Positions 25,483-35,494 of a stretch of 64,000 bases of DNA are shown here, in pieces; position 1 is the first letter of the stretch; each line of letters opens with the position of its first letter. The stretch is from a virus (taxonomy: Duplodnaviria > Caudoviricetes). The translations under genes and the position numbers were made by a program. The stretch is taken from the IMG/VR virus record IMGVR_UViG_3300042307_000844; one strand, given 5' to 3'. The notes beneath the pieces were generated by a model, which searched no databases, was not told where the DNA came from, and saw only the letters and a list, made by a program, of their open reading frames with translations.

Positions 25483-27957
25483 TTATGCGAGCGCATAAGC
25501 GGATGAACCATAATCACCGCGATTGGAATTCATTGGCATTGGGGATGATTTCTGACTAGAGGGAGGCTGAGAAATTGGAACAACGGTGTTGCTATTACTT
25601 CCCCCCATACTGGAATCCATTTTTTTCAGGATTTGGGCTGCAATACCCTTAATATCACCCATGATCTTGATCTGTGTCATACCAATATTACGCAAAAATT
25701 CCAAGGATTGTGAATTTCCAGATTGCACAACAGGTAATGCGTTTGGATTTGGTGTATCAGATACCACCGTTTTATCCTGTGTTTTTTGAGGAATTTTTAC
25801 CGTTTTAATAGCATCAGATACCACCGTTTTATCCTGTGTTTTTTGAGGAATTTTTACCGTTTTAATAGCATCAGATACCACCGTTTTATCCTGTGTGGGG
25901 AGCGGTTTTGCTAGACCCGATTTTACCCTCTCCTCGCGGCTTCTGGGAGTCCCATCTGGGTTAAGGATGCCGCGTTTTATCAGCTCTTTTTGTTTCTTTG
26001 AAAATGCCTCTTCGCTTGCAGCAGCATCGCGCCGTGAAGCTCCAAGGGCAACTATTTCCGCTCCTGCCCCATATATGGTGCCGAATGGATTTTTCACACT
26101 TTCCACCACCCGTGTAGATGCATCTTTTTCTGCAAGACCTCGATATTTTTTGACTTGCTTATTATGAACTTCTACTGCGGCATTCTTTACTGCACTAGCC
26201 GCGTCACTAAGCGTTTGCTTTACATTATTGTAAAGCGTGGTAACACCTTTTACTAACAAATCACCCACTAAAGCTAGACTACTTGTAATTCCACTCCACA
26301 TAGAAGAGGCAAACTTTTTTAATTTATCATATGCACTATTCAGTATACTTGTCTTGATGCTAGTATCCTCATCACTATCATCAAGAATACCGAACCATTC
26401 CAGAGGCTTTCTGAGAACCCATGGTAAGTTCTTCAACTTCTTTTTGATCCATGCTTTCAAACCGGAAAACCATCCCGTTTTCGGAGACAGGGATTTATCG
26501 GATTCTTTCTTATCCCCAAATCCTAATAGCATTTCAATACCCGTAACAATCGGACCAAGACCACCAAACGATAATAATGATGCACCAAATTGATAAAGAC
26601 CACCCATGATGTCTCCGCTTTTGAAAGCGTTCCAAGACATCTCCATTCTCTTAAATCCACCAATGACAGGTAGCCAGAGGGCATTCTTCCATATCCAGTT
26701 GCCAATATTTTTGGTCATACTACCTAACAAGCTGCCTTTCTTAATATCTTTCGTATTGGTTTTTTTTTCATCACCAAATCCTAACAACATCTCAATACCA
26801 GTGACAATTGGACCAAGAGAAGTAAACGACAGCATTCCAAACGCAAATTGTTTTATGCTTTCCATTATATTACCACTTTTTAAAGCATCCCAAGACATCT
26901 CCATTCTCTTAAATCCACCAATGACAGGTAGCCAGAGGGCATTCTTCCATATCCATTTACCAATTCCTTTTGCCATATCTCCAAGCAAGTCCATCTTAGC
27001 TCCTTGTTGCTTGCCCGTAGCACCACCAGTTTTAACATCCAGAAATGCGTTGAGAACGTCCAAGCCTATGGACAAAGTTGTGCCAAGTCCGGGAGCCACT
27101 AAATCAAGTAATCCTGCCAAGCCGCTCAATACATCGATCACACCTCCAACAGTATCCCCACTGCTGAAACGAGATATGGCAAACCCGAATGAAATAATTG
27201 TTCCAATTAAAGGGATTCTTTTAAGAACCAACAACATCGGTTTTAAAAACTTCACCATTTTAGTCATTATACTACCACCCTTTACCATGCCCCCAAGAGC
27301 TTTGAAAGGGGCGGATATCATCCCTTTGAGAGATGAAATAAATCCGGTCATACCACTTGTGACCATTTTAACAATATCGTCAATAGATAATAGCCTTTTA
27401 ATTAAATTACCTATGAAATTTTTTGGTATTAACTTTTCAAATAAGTTACCTATCAACTTATCAGGCATTAGCCCCCGTGCTATTTTGAGTATCATTTTAA
27501 TTTGCCTTTCAACGATACCCAATCCTAATCTAGCAAGCATTTTCAAAGCACCCTTAAATGGTCCGTCTGTCATTAGTCCCGCAATTAACGCGCCGATACC
27601 CACCACTAAAGGTAAAAGAATTTTCCACCAAGATGATTTAGCATCAACTTTATCCCCCCCTTGTTGTATCTTCTCCCCTGTTTTACCCGTTACTTTCTGA
27701 ATGGAAGTCTTGATCGCCTTATCAGGAGTCTTTTTCTTCTGATATTCAAAGAATGTCTTGGCAAACAGGGAAGCGATTTCCGTTGTTCTTTTGCGCTCAT
27801 TGCTATTGAGCGTGGGTGTCACCCTTTTATTGGGATCAGAGGGATTATTACCCTGCAATACGTTCTTATCTTCCAGAGATTCCCCCTGTGGAACGCCAAT
27901 GGTTTCATTGACCGTTTTCAGTAATCCAAGCAGTTCTTCCAATAAAGCGACATTCAC
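25483..27957 (-). CDS. Tape measure-like protein
   Basis: 824 aa, GTG start, helical Gly/Ala-rich amphipathic repeats, hydrophobic segments and internal duplications; lies in the tail/baseplate cluster. Confidence 0.65.
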   Translation of the reverse strand: MNVALLEELLGLLKTVNETIGVPQGESLEDKNVLQGNNPSDPNKRVTPTLNSNERKRTTEIASLFAKTFFEYQKKKTPDKAIKTSIQKVTGKTGEKIQQGGDKVDAKSSWWKILLPLVVGIGALIAGLMTDGPFKGALKMLARLGLGIVERQIKMILKIARGLMPDKLIGNLFEKLIPKNFIGNLIKRLLSIDDIVKMVTSGMTGFISSLKGMISAPFKALGGMVKGGSIMTKMVKFLKPMLLVLKRIPLIGTIISFGFAISRFSSGDTVGGVIDVLSGLAGLLDLVAPGLGTTLSIGLDVLNAFLDVKTGGATGKQQGAKMDLLGDMAKGIGKWIWKNALWLPVIGGFKRMEMSWDALKSGNIMESIKQFAFGMLSFTSLGPIVTGIEMLLGFGDEKKTNTKDIKKGSLLGSMTKNIGNWIWKNALWLPVIGGFKRMEMSWNAFKSGDIMGGLYQFGASLLSFGGLGPIVTGIEMLLGFGDKKESDKSLSPKTGWFSGLKAWIKKKLKNLPWVLRKPLEWFGILDDSDEDTSIKTSILNSAYDKLKKFASSMWSGITSSLALVGDLLVKGVTTLYNNVKQTLSDAASAVKNAAVEVHNKQVKKYRGLAEKDASTRVVESVKNPFGTIYGAGAEIVALGASRRDAAASEEAFSKKQKELIKRGILNPDGTPRSREERVKSGLAKPLPTQDKTVVSDAIKTVKIPQKTQDKTVVSDAIKTVKIPQKTQDKTVVSDTPNPNALPVVQSGNSQSLEFLRNIGMTQIKIMGDIKGIAAQILKKMDSSMGGSNSNTVVPISQPPSSQKSSPMPMNSNRGDYGSSAYALA
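25756..25896 (-). repeat. 57-bp coding tandem repeat, ~2.5 copies (TQDKTVVSDAIKTVKIPQK)
   Basis: ATCAGATACC recurs at 25756, 25813 and 25870. Confidence 0.9.
26632..26955 (-). repeat. 66-bp identical direct repeat 258 bp apart (86-aa internal duplication)
   Basis: 26632-26697 is identical to 26890-26955 (WIWKNALWLPVIGGFKRMEMSW). Confidence 0.9.
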
Positions 27958-27976
27958 TTTATTATTTAATCACCAA

Positions 27977-28711
27977 TCAATTATCAAAGAAGGACACATC
28001 AATATCAAACGCCTTTTCCTCACCATTGATTGTCACTTTCAGATGGGATTGCTCATCCTCCTTGAAAGATTCAATATATTTGATGATTTCCTTATTGATT
28101 GATAGAGGTAGATTTTCCACGATTTTCACACGATCCTTTACAGGAGTATCGGCAAATACGATCTCATTTTCTCCGAATTTCACGGATTTGATAAATTTTA
28201 CAATTTCAAAAGTGTAGATATTACCGATGTTCTTACCCGCATCCTTATCCCCATCCTTTTTCAGAATTTCAATGGCATAATTGATAACCTTATTCTCTTC
28301 CTTGAGAGTGGGGGTAGCCAGAACCACATCCACGGCACCATTGATCACCTTTTCCTTGGGGGATTTGATCTTGCGGGTGCTTTGGATGTTGCTTTCAATA
28401 CTACCAACTTCGCCATCCAGCTTCAGATCATTACCAAGGCTTTCTCCCCGAATTTTGAGAATCAGAGGCAGCTTATCTTCAACTTTGAGGGTATCGGATT
28501 CCGTATTCTCAATAAGAATATCATTAAGGATTTTTTGGAACTTGAGAACACCCACCGTCCCATCGGCTACGGTGGCAATGATGTCTTTCTGTTGCTTGAA
28601 AGTGAGGGGAGAGCAATCCACTTCCTTTTTGGTAGAAGCTTGGTATGCCTTGAATTTGGTTGCCTTGAGTTCCTGAATACTATCAAGGAATTGTTGAACG
28701 TTGTTTTCCAT
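27977..28711 (-). CDS. Baseplate hub assembly protein (gp26-like)
   Basis: PLTFKQQKDII...DKLPLILKIRGESLG pattern, size and position. Confidence 0.5.
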   Translation of the reverse strand: MENNVQQFLDSIQELKATKFKAYQASTKKEVDCSPLTFKQQKDIIATVADGTVGVLKFQKILNDILIENTESDTLKVEDKLPLILKIRGESLGNDLKLDGEVGSIESNIQSTRKIKSPKEKVINGAVDVVLATPTLKEENKVINYAIEILKKDGDKDAGKNIGNIYTFEIVKFIKSVKFGENEIVFADTPVKDRVKIVENLPLSINKEIIKYIESFKEDEQSHLKVTINGEEKAFDIDVSFFDN

Positions 28712-28731
28712 GTGTTTATTTAAGATTAAAA

Positions 28732-28938
28732 TTAATTATGGGCATAAACCGTAAAATCATCATAACAAATTAAAGTTAATCTAGGTTCTGTAGTATCTCC
28801 CATCTCACGCTCCGTATGAGGATTGAAATCTTTGATTTCTAAAGATTTTGTCCCATTTGCAGTATGAATGGTTACATCACTATCCATATCATATTTATTG
28901 AGCCTTTCAATCAAATCTCGTAATTTCATATTAACCAT
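28732..28938 (-). CDS. Small hypothetical protein inserted in the baseplate cluster
   Basis: 68-aa AT-rich ORF MKLRDLIERL... Confidence 0.6.
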   Translation of the reverse strand: MVNMKLRDLIERLNKYDMDSDVTIHTANGTKSLEIKDFNPHTEREMGDTTEPRLTLICYDDFTVYAHN

Positions 28939-28961
28939 ACTTACACTATCAATTTAAAAAA

Positions 28962-29660
28962 TCAACCCAATTCTGGTGTTTTTTCCGAAGTATTTTCCTG
29001 ATTGAGCTTATCGACAAAGTAATCAATGTCTCGCATGGTGGAATTCAGGAGTATATTACCGTCTATTTTAGCCGACAGGTGGTAGATGATATCTCTATAA
29101 TAATCTTCCCCATACGGATGGCACAGACCCCTTAGAAGCTCAAGGGGAGCATGTCCCATGAAATTAATATTAATGTTTTTCAAGGATGAATTAGTAAAAC
29201 GAATTGTTTTGGATTCATTTTTGAGAAGTGCATTGATCAGAGTATTGTATGTGGATGCGGGAAGCTGTTCAATCAAAGCTGCTTTATCCCCCACATTGGC
29301 AAAATCCAACACGGATTCCCCATATTTCACCTTTCGGATCGTCTCCGATATGGAGAAAATATCGTAATCCTTTTTAAACAGGGGAGGGACATCCAATTCA
29401 AATTCCAGATTATCGGTCTTGATGATCAGGGGTTCCTTATCGTAATTTTCCAATTCTTTTATAAAGTATGAAAGGGATACTTTCACGTTCTTCTCTTCCA
29501 CGGTGAATCCCATGTCATAGGAGACATCACGTTCCCAACATGTTAAAACATTTAAAAATTTTTCATAAATGTTATCCCCTGAAAAGTTGTTGAGATAATC
29601 AATCAGGCAATCATCCCCATTTTCGGAGATTTCTTTAAGGTCTTTGAATTTGATTTTCAT
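28962..29660 (-). CDS. Baseplate hub assembly protein (gp26/gp51-like)
   Basis: 232 aa between tube genes and the gp26-like gene; assignment from position only. Confidence 0.35.
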   Translation of the reverse strand: MKIKFKDLKEISENGDDCLIDYLNNFSGDNIYEKFLNVLTCWERDVSYDMGFTVEEKNVKVSLSYFIKELENYDKEPLIIKTDNLEFELDVPPLFKKDYDIFSISETIRKVKYGESVLDFANVGDKAALIEQLPASTYNTLINALLKNESKTIRFTNSSLKNININFMGHAPLELLRGLCHPYGEDYYRDIIYHLSAKIDGNILLNSTMRDIDYFVDKLNQENTSEKTPELG

Positions 29661-30259
29661 AGCTGAGAATAATTCTCACAAGCAAACGTCACACTCTTGA
29701 TCGGATAATCAGTGTTGTCATAATCCATGGTGAATCCCTCCACAGCAACGGGGAATGCCCGTTTGAATTGGTATCCTTTTCGAAGCACCCCGTTATTGGT
29801 GTATTGTTTTACGGTGATGGTGGACTTGAGATTCACACCACGCTCCACCAGACCCTTGATACCAATGGCGATCTGCCAAGGACGAAAATACTCATGCTCC
29901 AAATCCTGTCTTGTTTCCAGAAAGTTGATGGAGAAGCTACGGGAGAGGAAATCGCTTCGGGATGACATGGCATAGCCGGGAAGGAATCCACCATAGGAAT
30001 CTCCTGCCACCATGGGAGTGAAATTGGATGATTCTTGGGGGATGGTAACAGCTTGGGCTGGAAGTATTGTTCCGTTCCTAGTCATGGCATTGGGAGCGAT
30101 CTTGGCTTTCCAATTCTCCCCAGCATCCGATAGAACGCTATTGATTGCTGATTCCGTAACACCATCTATGGATACCGTCCAAAGAACTGGTATAGATAGA
30201 CAGTATTTGGCTTCTCCTGAGAACGCCTGAAGGAAATCGTTGATTTGAGGACCAGCCAT
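29657..30259 (-). CDS. Tail tube-fold protein (gp19/gp54-like)
   Basis: SINFLETRQDLEHEYFRPWQ...AFPVAV...VTFAC tube-family pattern. Confidence 0.65.
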   Translation of the reverse strand: MAGPQINDFLQAFSGEAKYCLSIPVLWTVSIDGVTESAINSVLSDAGENWKAKIAPNAMTRNGTILPAQAVTIPQESSNFTPMVAGDSYGGFLPGYAMSSRSDFLSRSFSINFLETRQDLEHEYFRPWQIAIGIKGLVERGVNLKSTITVKQYTNNGVLRKGYQFKRAFPVAVEGFTMDYDNTDYPIKSVTFACENYSQL

Positions 30260-30280
30260 GAAGATACTTAATCAGAAAGA

Positions 30281-30856
30281 TTAAGCAACGGAGAAATCTT
30301 TATAGAAGTGATAAGCGAAAGTAGCTGGGAAATTAAGAACTTCTCCAGTTCCATCAGCAATTTGATATGCAATTTCTCCGATGGTTCTCAAAGAGGCACC
30401 AACAAGCTCAATTGTTTTAATAACTTCCAACGACCCGCCGCTGGAAACATTGGTTCCACGTTGGCATGGAATTTGGAGAACATCTAAAGTGATAATTGAC
30501 TCAAAACCGGGCATACAGATATTTCCAGTGGTGTCCTCATTGTTGAAAAGAAGTCTGCTTGCGCGTTCAAGTTTGGTGCGGATATCCAAGGATTGGTCAA
30601 CATAAAATTCAACACTCCAACCTTCAGAACCCGGATAAGATGATTTTCCCGGCAAATTGAAGGTCTGCCCACTGAAGTTGACTTGCTTGTTCTCAATATC
30701 GCGTCCGGGTAGGGATGCACTACGAGCATAAATCAAATCTGTTTCTCCGTTTAGAGATAAACCAGTGATATTGATCTGTTTAACACGGAATAGGAAGTCC
30801 CTTGCAAATTGTTTTTGGGAGGCTTGGTTGAAAAAGTTTTCGATGCTCGTTGCCAT
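30281..30856 (-). CDS. Tail tube protein (gp19-like)
   Basis: ARSASLPG...FSGQTFNLPG...WSVEFYVD...IGEIAY...FPATFAYH; follows the sheath gene. Confidence 0.8.
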   Translation of the reverse strand: MATSIENFFNQASQKQFARDFLFRVKQINITGLSLNGETDLIYARSASLPGRDIENKQVNFSGQTFNLPGKSSYPGSEGWSVEFYVDQSLDIRTKLERASRLLFNNEDTTGNICMPGFESIITLDVLQIPCQRGTNVSSGGSLEVIKTIELVGASLRTIGEIAYQIADGTGEVLNFPATFAYHFYKDFSVA

Positions 30857-30867
30857 TGTATTATTAT

Positions 30868-31629
30868 TTAGTCATTTGGTATCACTTTTTTCCAAATATA
30901 TCCTTTAGCACTTCTCCCAATTTTATCACAAACTGGATTAATATATCTACTATCTATTCCAGTTTGTCTTGCTGCTTCTCTAATTGATGGATATCTTCCA
31001 ATAAACTCACCACATTTCGTATATTGCTCCACTTCTATACGATCTTTCCGATTCATCATTAATTTATTTTTATGTTCATTGGATGTTTTTTTACCATATC
31101 TACCATTTCTCTCACCTCTACGCGAATCTCCCATTTTTTTCTTTGTTTCCTCTGATAATTTTTTACCATACATTGGATGTTTTTCACCCCTTTTAGATTT
31201 GGAAATATTCTCCCTCCACTCTTTTGTGATAATCCTCCCTTTAAAAATTTCACTTCTTCTTTTACGAGATTCTTCAGAATGTGTCGCACCTCTCCTATTT
31301 TGACCCTTTATCCATATATTATAACCATTTTCAAATACAGAACTTTTATATTTTTTAATCATTTCTTCTTCCAATTTTATCAAATCATCTTTTGTAAAAT
31401 TTGGAAAAAAATAATATTCAAATGAAAAATTTTCAATACCGTATTTTCTAATAGCTTTAATTATTGGTCTGTTTTCTTTTTTAAGACGACAATACGAATA
31501 CATTCGCTGTTTTAGATTTAATGTTTCTCCGATATAAAATTTATCATTTATATTATTTCTGAAAATATAAATTGCTGGGGATTTTTTATAATCAGTAGGA
31601 ACTCCTATATTGTCGATAGTAGTGGACAT
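30868..31629 (-). mobile_element. Free-standing GIY-YIG homing endonuclease (Seg-like) with NUMOD3/NUMOD1 domains
   Basis: AIYIFRNNINDKFYIGET...R; HSEESRKRRSE and KLSEETKKKMG repeats; C-terminal QYTKCGEFIGRYPSIREAAR; AT-rich. Confidence 0.9.
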
Positions 31630-31667
31630 ATTATTATTTAGTTGTTCGACACAATCTTTTCTAATAA

Positions 31668-31702
31668 AAAATCCCGATTAGTAAAAACCAATCGGGATTT
31701 AG
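31668..31702 (-). terminator. Intrinsic terminator after the sheath gene
   Basis: AATCCCGATT...AATCGGGATT inverted repeat followed by a T-run on the minus strand. Confidence 0.75.
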
Positions 31703-31723
31703 ATTTTTTATTTAGTCAGATGG

Positions 31724-34105
31724 TTAAATCAATTCTTCCAGATTCGCATCACTACGGGTAGCCGTAAAAGTTATCAAAATAAACTCAGCGGTTCTCGTTG
31801 GTTTGATCAGAATATCAACCTTCAACTCATTGGTATCAATGACTTGTGGAGTATTATTCCTTTCGTCGCAAACGATCAGATAATCATAGCAACCACCGTT
31901 CTGTTTCGCAAATTCGAAAATCGGCGTAAGCGTGTTTACCAAGCGAGTGCGTGTGAATTCGTTGTTGGGTTCAAACACGAAGAATTGGGCAGCTTTCTTG
32001 GTAGGTCTTTCCAGAGCAAGGAACAACCTACGGACATTGATGCGATCAAATGCGCTTGGTTTGCGGCTCATGGTCTTTTGACCAAAGACAACCACACCTT
32101 GGGCGGGGGAGAACATAACAGGGTTGATGTTGATCTTGTAGAACTCATCACGCTGTTTCTGATTCGGATTGATTGCGATGTCCAGAGCGTTTGTCACCAG
32201 ACCACGGGTGAATCCAGCAGGAGCAGACCATGGGAATTCCGCAGCATCGCTACGTGCCATGATAGCAGCTTGGTATCCAGAGAATGGAAGCCAAACCTTT
32301 TCACCTGTGAAATCATCATAGGCTTGCACCCAGTTTCCATAAGTTGCAGCATAGGAAGTGTTTTCCAATTCGAATTGGTGTCTCATAGCCCAATAAACAT
32401 CTGTTTGGAAGTTCTTGTTTCTATCAGAAAGAATCTTGGTGTTTCTTCCAGTCACAAGAATGTGACGGATAGGATCAGCAATGAATACGCAGTCGCCACG
32501 ACCACCAGTATTGGAGGGGAGGTTACAGAAGTTCTCAAATTGGTTGAAGATCGCGCTGTAATTGGCACGAAGATCGGTTGCTACCGTATTGTAGAAAATA
32601 TCTTGGGATGTTCTCAGGGAGTCCACCTTAGCCTTCAACGCACTGTTATAAAGGGTATCGTCATAATATGCGGTTCCCGCAGCAGATGTCATCGTGAAGA
32701 TCGTTCCCAGACCACCTTCGACAACCACATCAATGTCATAGATTTCATCATTCTTGATGCTTTCCAGAGCGCGGTTGATCTTGGTTGGAACATTGCCGAT
32801 GATTTTTTGGGTGATCTTGACAGGATTGTAAACACCCAGAGGATACAGGGCATTTGCGACTCCAACGCTTTCAGAAAGACCCGAAAGTGCATATGTGTTA
32901 GCTACTGTTAAATTAGAACTAAGAGCGGAGGCGGTAGAGGTAGTGGTTGTAATACCTAATGCAGCGGAGATGCTTGTATATTGAGTGGCAAGCAAGCTCT
33001 CAGTTACCACACGGATTTTCTTGGTGGGATTACCCGAAGAATCCAGCGAGGATTCGGTGAACTTGTTGGAGATGTATGGATTGACCATGATTTCCACATT
33101 GCGGGAATTGGTATCCTGAGTTTCAAGGAAGAATGGAACGGATGGTCCACCATTTGGATTGAGTTGAGTTCTGAAAGTATCAATGGAACCCACGATACGG
33201 TCATCAAGCACATAATCCAGCTTGAATGCTTCCGTTGCATATACACTCTTACGGAGCTTGAAGACACCAACGTTAAGAAGGTCATCGTCTTCCCTATCGG
33301 CAATGTTGTAGTCGGTAAGGTTCTCCATGACTTGGGAAATACTACCAGTGGCACCTCCATCGGTAGCGGAGAGATTGAATTGGAGCGTTCCGTTTGGAAT
33401 CTGCGTGAAATCCGAAATCACACCAGCAGTAAGGCTTGTGGTATATGCGCGGGTGATTGCATCAAAATTGGATGCTGGATTGAGATTTACGTTATCTGCG
33501 ATACCGACATAATAACCTTCAAATTGGCTATTGATCGTGGTTTGGGCTTTATCAAGCACAATGATACCAGCACCGCCCATGGCAGAAAGGGTATTTGCCT
33601 TTACAGAGGAAAAAGAGGAAAGGGGAGATGCCGTTGCAGACCAATCAAAGAGGGTTCCTTCCATGGCTTGGGCAAATTCCGTTTCCGATAGGGTAATCTG
33701 ATAGGGTTTTCCGAGGAAATAGGTTCCAGCGGAGAGATCGAGGTTTCTCGTTGTGGTAACTCCGGTGGGGGTTGCGGCAACAACGGGATAAACAAGGGCA
33801 GAATGTTGGCTTCCAAATCCATCACCAGAACCGGAACCATAAGGAAGACGGAAAGTGTAGATGTTTGCGGGAGAATTCAGGAGTTCCCTCACAGTGTAAT
33901 AGAAATAACGTTCTGCGCTATTGGTTGGGGTTCCATAGATTGCTTCCAGTTCGTCTCTGGAAGTGATTTTGATAACCTCATCAGAATATCCTTGAGGTGT
34001 ATAACCTGCTACGAAAATATTAGTCCCTACATTCGCCTGTGCGACGAGACTTAAATCTCTCTCAAATATCTCCACCCCAGCCGAATTTATTGTGCGTGTT
34101 GCCAT
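31724..34105 (-). CDS. Contractile tail sheath protein (gp18-like)
   Basis: MATRTINSAGVEIFERD; PWSAPAGFTRG, GQKT, FDRINVRRLF, FEPN and KPTRTAEFI motifs; start set by the late promoter. Confidence 0.95.
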   Translation of the reverse strand: MATRTINSAGVEIFERDLSLVAQANVGTNIFVAGYTPQGYSDEVIKITSRDELEAIYGTPTNSAERYFYYTVRELLNSPANIYTFRLPYGSGSGDGFGSQHSALVYPVVAATPTGVTTTRNLDLSAGTYFLGKPYQITLSETEFAQAMEGTLFDWSATASPLSSFSSVKANTLSAMGGAGIIVLDKAQTTINSQFEGYYVGIADNVNLNPASNFDAITRAYTTSLTAGVISDFTQIPNGTLQFNLSATDGGATGSISQVMENLTDYNIADREDDDLLNVGVFKLRKSVYATEAFKLDYVLDDRIVGSIDTFRTQLNPNGGPSVPFFLETQDTNSRNVEIMVNPYISNKFTESSLDSSGNPTKKIRVVTESLLATQYTSISAALGITTTTSTASALSSNLTVANTYALSGLSESVGVANALYPLGVYNPVKITQKIIGNVPTKINRALESIKNDEIYDIDVVVEGGLGTIFTMTSAAGTAYYDDTLYNSALKAKVDSLRTSQDIFYNTVATDLRANYSAIFNQFENFCNLPSNTGGRGDCVFIADPIRHILVTGRNTKILSDRNKNFQTDVYWAMRHQFELENTSYAATYGNWVQAYDDFTGEKVWLPFSGYQAAIMARSDAAEFPWSAPAGFTRGLVTNALDIAINPNQKQRDEFYKININPVMFSPAQGVVVFGQKTMSRKPSAFDRINVRRLFLALERPTKKAAQFFVFEPNNEFTRTRLVNTLTPIFEFAKQNGGCYDYLIVCDERNNTPQVIDTNELKVDILIKPTRTAEFILITFTATRSDANLEELI

Positions 34106-34155
34106 ATTACTATTTAGCAATTTATGGCTGAAAATTTGTTATTCTATAAAACACA

Positions 34156-34326
34156 CTATTTTTCAATCATCTCTGCCACAGAATTTCCATCAACATCCTC
34201 GACAATCTTGAAAGACGGTAATTTATTATCTTCTGCATATTTTTCCAATTTGGCTATCAATTCTGCACCCAATGGTTCTTCTCCTTGAACCATTGTTGGT
34301 AATTTTCCTAAAAATATATTTTCCAT
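34156..34326 (-). CDS. Small acidic hypothetical protein (56 aa)
   Basis: Manual translation MENIFLGKLPTMVQGEEPLGAELIAKLEKYAEDNKLPSFKIVEDVDGNSVAEMIEK; preceded by TTGACA-N16-TAAAGT-N6-ATG. Confidence 0.6.
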   Translation of the reverse strand: MENIFLGKLPTMVQGEEPLGAELIAKLEKYAEDNKLPSFKIVEDVDGNSVAEMIEK

Positions 34327-34356
34327 GGAATTACTTTACCTTGAAAAATTGAAATG

Positions 34357-34965
34357 TCAACTCAGAGTCTGATTATATCTATCACATCCCAGTAAATTGA
34401 TGTGCATTTGTGAGAAAACAAAAGTAAATCCGCTTTCAATCTCCATTTCACCCGTCTCATTCTGAGAGAATGCTAATTCATCGATTGATGTTACAAAAGC
34501 TTTCGTATATTTAAATTGAATTACTTTATTATCATATTCATCCAATCCATACATCGTAATATCCGTCTGATAATCCGAAAAATTACCATCCACTATAATA
34601 CCCTTTTCATTGAATTGACCCGTCTTTTGGTCATGTTGTAGATTCAGCCATTGGTAAATTACCCAATAATTATTATATCCGCTATCCACTTTGAATTTGA
34701 CATTTACGGGAGGATAAGGGTCTTTGCTATGGCTTGACACATAAAGCGTATCTCCCGCATATCGGGTGGCAATCGCTTTAATGGTCAATCCCGGAACCAT
34801 CGTCCCATAGATGCTGAATTGCACACTATCGGGAATGATGGTATTGTCATTCCTTGTGTAATTGGATTGGATTCTCTTTAAAATTGGGGGCAAATCGAAA
34901 ACGAGAAGGAATTTATCCTTCCTGCTGCGATTTAAGAACGATTGTCGGACCTCTGTATTACTCAC
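34357..34965 (-). CDS. Tail tube terminator / sheath stabiliser (gp3-like)
   Basis: VPGLTI...YPPVNVKFKVD...YWVIYQWL resembles T4 gp3 (IPGIRI...YDPLIVRFIVD...YEWM). Confidence 0.6.
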   Translation of the reverse strand: MSNTEVRQSFLNRSRKDKFLLVFDLPPILKRIQSNYTRNDNTIIPDSVQFSIYGTMVPGLTIKAIATRYAGDTLYVSSHSKDPYPPVNVKFKVDSGYNNYWVIYQWLNLQHDQKTGQFNEKGIIVDGNFSDYQTDITMYGLDEYDNKVIQFKYTKAFVTSIDELAFSQNETGEMEIESGFTFVFSQMHINLLGCDRYNQTLS

Positions 34966-35464
34966 TAAACATATTTAATGGGAAACGCTCCTTTAACAGA
35001 TCATAGAATGGTTTATAAAAATAAACATTATCGGGAGGATATTCAACTGCCCACATTTCCACCATTTCATCCACATCATAACCATTATATCCCAACTTCG
35101 CATCCTGCGCGACATAGAATTTCCACTTTGGATTATTCTCCGCAAATCGGTAAAACCTTTGGATATTTTGTTTTAATTGTTTTTTTGGTATGGATCGTTT
35201 GGCTCCCGCTTTCGTGACGGATGGGATTGCATATGATTTACCCTCTCGCCCTTCTTGGATACCTTCAGCACAACCCTTCACATTCCATCGACCTTTCCAC
35301 CCATTCTCTTTTAAATGGTAATCGTATTTTCTCCAAACGTTACCAATTTCTCCAAAAGATGCATATCCCGCTGATCCGGCCCCGTGCCACCCCAATAAAT
35401 TCGAAGTGAACACAAACACTTCATCATCTTTTAGATCGGTGATGTAATTTTCATAACATTTCAC
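34958..35464 (-). CDS. Conserved phage non-structural protein (FVFxSN...HGAG family, possibly macro-domain-like)
   Basis: FVFTSNLLGWHGAGSA...EGREGKSYAIPS...FYRFAENNP. Confidence 0.55.
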   Translation of the reverse strand: MKCYENYITDLKDDEVFVFTSNLLGWHGAGSAGYASFGEIGNVWRKYDYHLKENGWKGRWNVKGCAEGIQEGREGKSYAIPSVTKAGAKRSIPKKQLKQNIQRFYRFAENNPKWKFYVAQDAKLGYNGYDVDEMVEMWAVEYPPDNVYFYKPFYDLLKERFPLNMFSE

Positions 35465-35494
35465 ACTTTCACGTTAGCATGAAAACACACAAAA

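Noticed and set aside
26606-27700. 364-aa plus-strand ORF
   Set aside because: Antisense shadow of the tape measure-like gene; no promoter motif or recognisable domain
31844-33691. 355-aa and 236-aa plus-strand ORFs
   Set aside because: Antisense shadows of the tail sheath gene
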